From Paraspadella gotoi (Eukaryota; Animalia; Chaetognatha): a stretch of DNA of 64,000 bases. The notes below the pieces were generated by a model. The model searched no databases and had not been told where the DNA came from. It worked only from the letters and a program-made list of their open reading frames with translations. Made by a program: the position numbers and the translations under genes. How positions within the stretch are numbered: the first letter of the stretch is position 1; each line of letters begins with the position of its first letter. Location of the stretch: positions 19,537,590 through 19,601,589 of the forward strand of contig CM119264.1 of the NCBI GenBank assembly GCA_051294375.1. Reading direction: 5' to 3'. Shown one piece after another: positions 1-64,000 of the stretch.

Positions 1-86
1 TCAAATAAAAAACATGAGAAAAAAAGAAAAAGAAAAATACGATATAACAAAAAACCGTCCATTGACGACAACCCTTGTCCTGCCAG

Positions 87-62583
<62,497 letters not shown>

Positions 62584-64000
62584 GTAATTACTTTTTTAAA
62601 ACAAGTTTGAGCAAACGATGTCGGATCTGCCCACTATAGTTTAGGGGTAAGCAGCTAATCAGATGATTAATTATAACAAATCTGATATTTTTCATTTATT
62701 CTATTTTATTTGTAATATTCAAATTATTCATATTTTATTGTTCTTTTCTAACCTTTGTACTTTTTATTTCAGTATTATGTTGCTTTGTCGATTTCGTTCA
62801 TTTTACGTTTTGTTTCTTCCTTTGTTTCTGTTTTTTTTTTCAATTTTTTTTTTATTTTTTTCCTTCTCTCTTTCTCTCTCATTGTCTCTAGCTATGTTTT
62901 TTTCTCACTCTCTTTCTTTCTCTCTCTCTCTTTTTATAACTTTGTTTCTTTATTTTTCTTTTTTTTCTTTTTATTTCTTTTTTCTTCATCTTATCTTTTT
63001 CTTTACATTTTAATCAATAGTTTTATTATATTTTAAATAATAAAATCTTTTTTTCTATTTTCATATTTTTGCATTTCTTTTTCTTTCTTTTTCTCTCTTT
63101 CTTTCTTTCTTTCTTTCTTTGTTTCTTTCTTATGGATGGAAAGGCATTCATTTAAAAAAATATAATTTGATGTTACGAGATGAACTTAACTGAACCAAAC
63201 AAATAATGGGAGGAGACCGACAGACCAGAGTTTAAATTTGTGACCAAAAAGAAGAAAATGCAAAGAAAACTATTCACGGTTTTCAATATACGATTTTTTT
63301 ATTAAAGATCATTAATTCAAAATGATAGTTATTTATTGATTCGCTAAACCGATAATAATCATTCATTGATGTGATAATAATCATTCACTGATATGACAAT
63401 AATAATTCACAGATGTGATGATAATTTTTGCATTTATTAATGGGATAATAATCATTTATTTATGCAATGATAAGGATTTATCGATGCAATGATAACGATT
63501 TATTGATCCGATAATAGTGGAATGCAAGAATTGAATTGAATTAAACAGTAGAGTGGAGCACTGGGGAACATAAATTTTATTTGAGTGAACAAACAAGGAT
63601 AATTAGACGTGAGATAGTATGATTAAGGAGTACAAAAAATATTTTGCTTATATTGTTTGGGGAACAGTATCATTAATTACAATATATTTATAGTAATATC
63701 CTTAAAAAATTATAAATTTTCAAAATAATTTTTTTTAAACTTCTATTAAAGATTCTGATTCTTCATAAAAAGTTAGATTAGAAATATAAAATATGTTATT
63801 AAAAATTTCAGCGAATCGAAACTGTTCTTAAAATTAAAAAAATATGATTTTAAAATATTATGATTTTATTAGGATATTACTATAAAAAAAATTAATTAAT
63901 GATACTGTTATGCAATTTTTTTTAAAAAAGGGCTTAATTATTTTTTATTACATATAAAAAAACATATACAAAACAGTGTTCCATCGCTCAATCTTTCCAT

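Overview
AT-rich invertebrate (metazoan) genomic DNA. The whole 64 kb lies inside one + strand, intron-rich gene for a giant sarcomeric Ig-domain protein of the titin/sallimus (kettin) family; both gene ends are outside the window. Manual splicing gives about 54 exons in one continuous reading frame with about 13 I-set Ig domains. Main observation: insect and nematode kettins carry a long run of Ig+linker modules, but at the equivalent position this gene has only one kettin-type Ig. The space is filled by 14 symmetric phase-2 mini-exons (19.8-50.6 kb, about 549 aa, about 18 repeat units). Each unit is an Ig-less helical motif of about 30 aa (ERxxAIxxLExR...) resembling the kettin linker, and any subset of the exons splices in frame. 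Introns carry Penelope-like relics with minimal hammerhead ribozymes (one as an intron-spanning inverted repeat), a tRNA-containing repeat family, Helentron/HINE-like elements, MITEs, a 324-bp tandem repeat, an LTR-like piece ending in 33 nt of tRNA-Leu complement, a diverged U6-like sequence and microsatellites. All calls come from reading the sequence by eye and from recalled family features; no database search was run.
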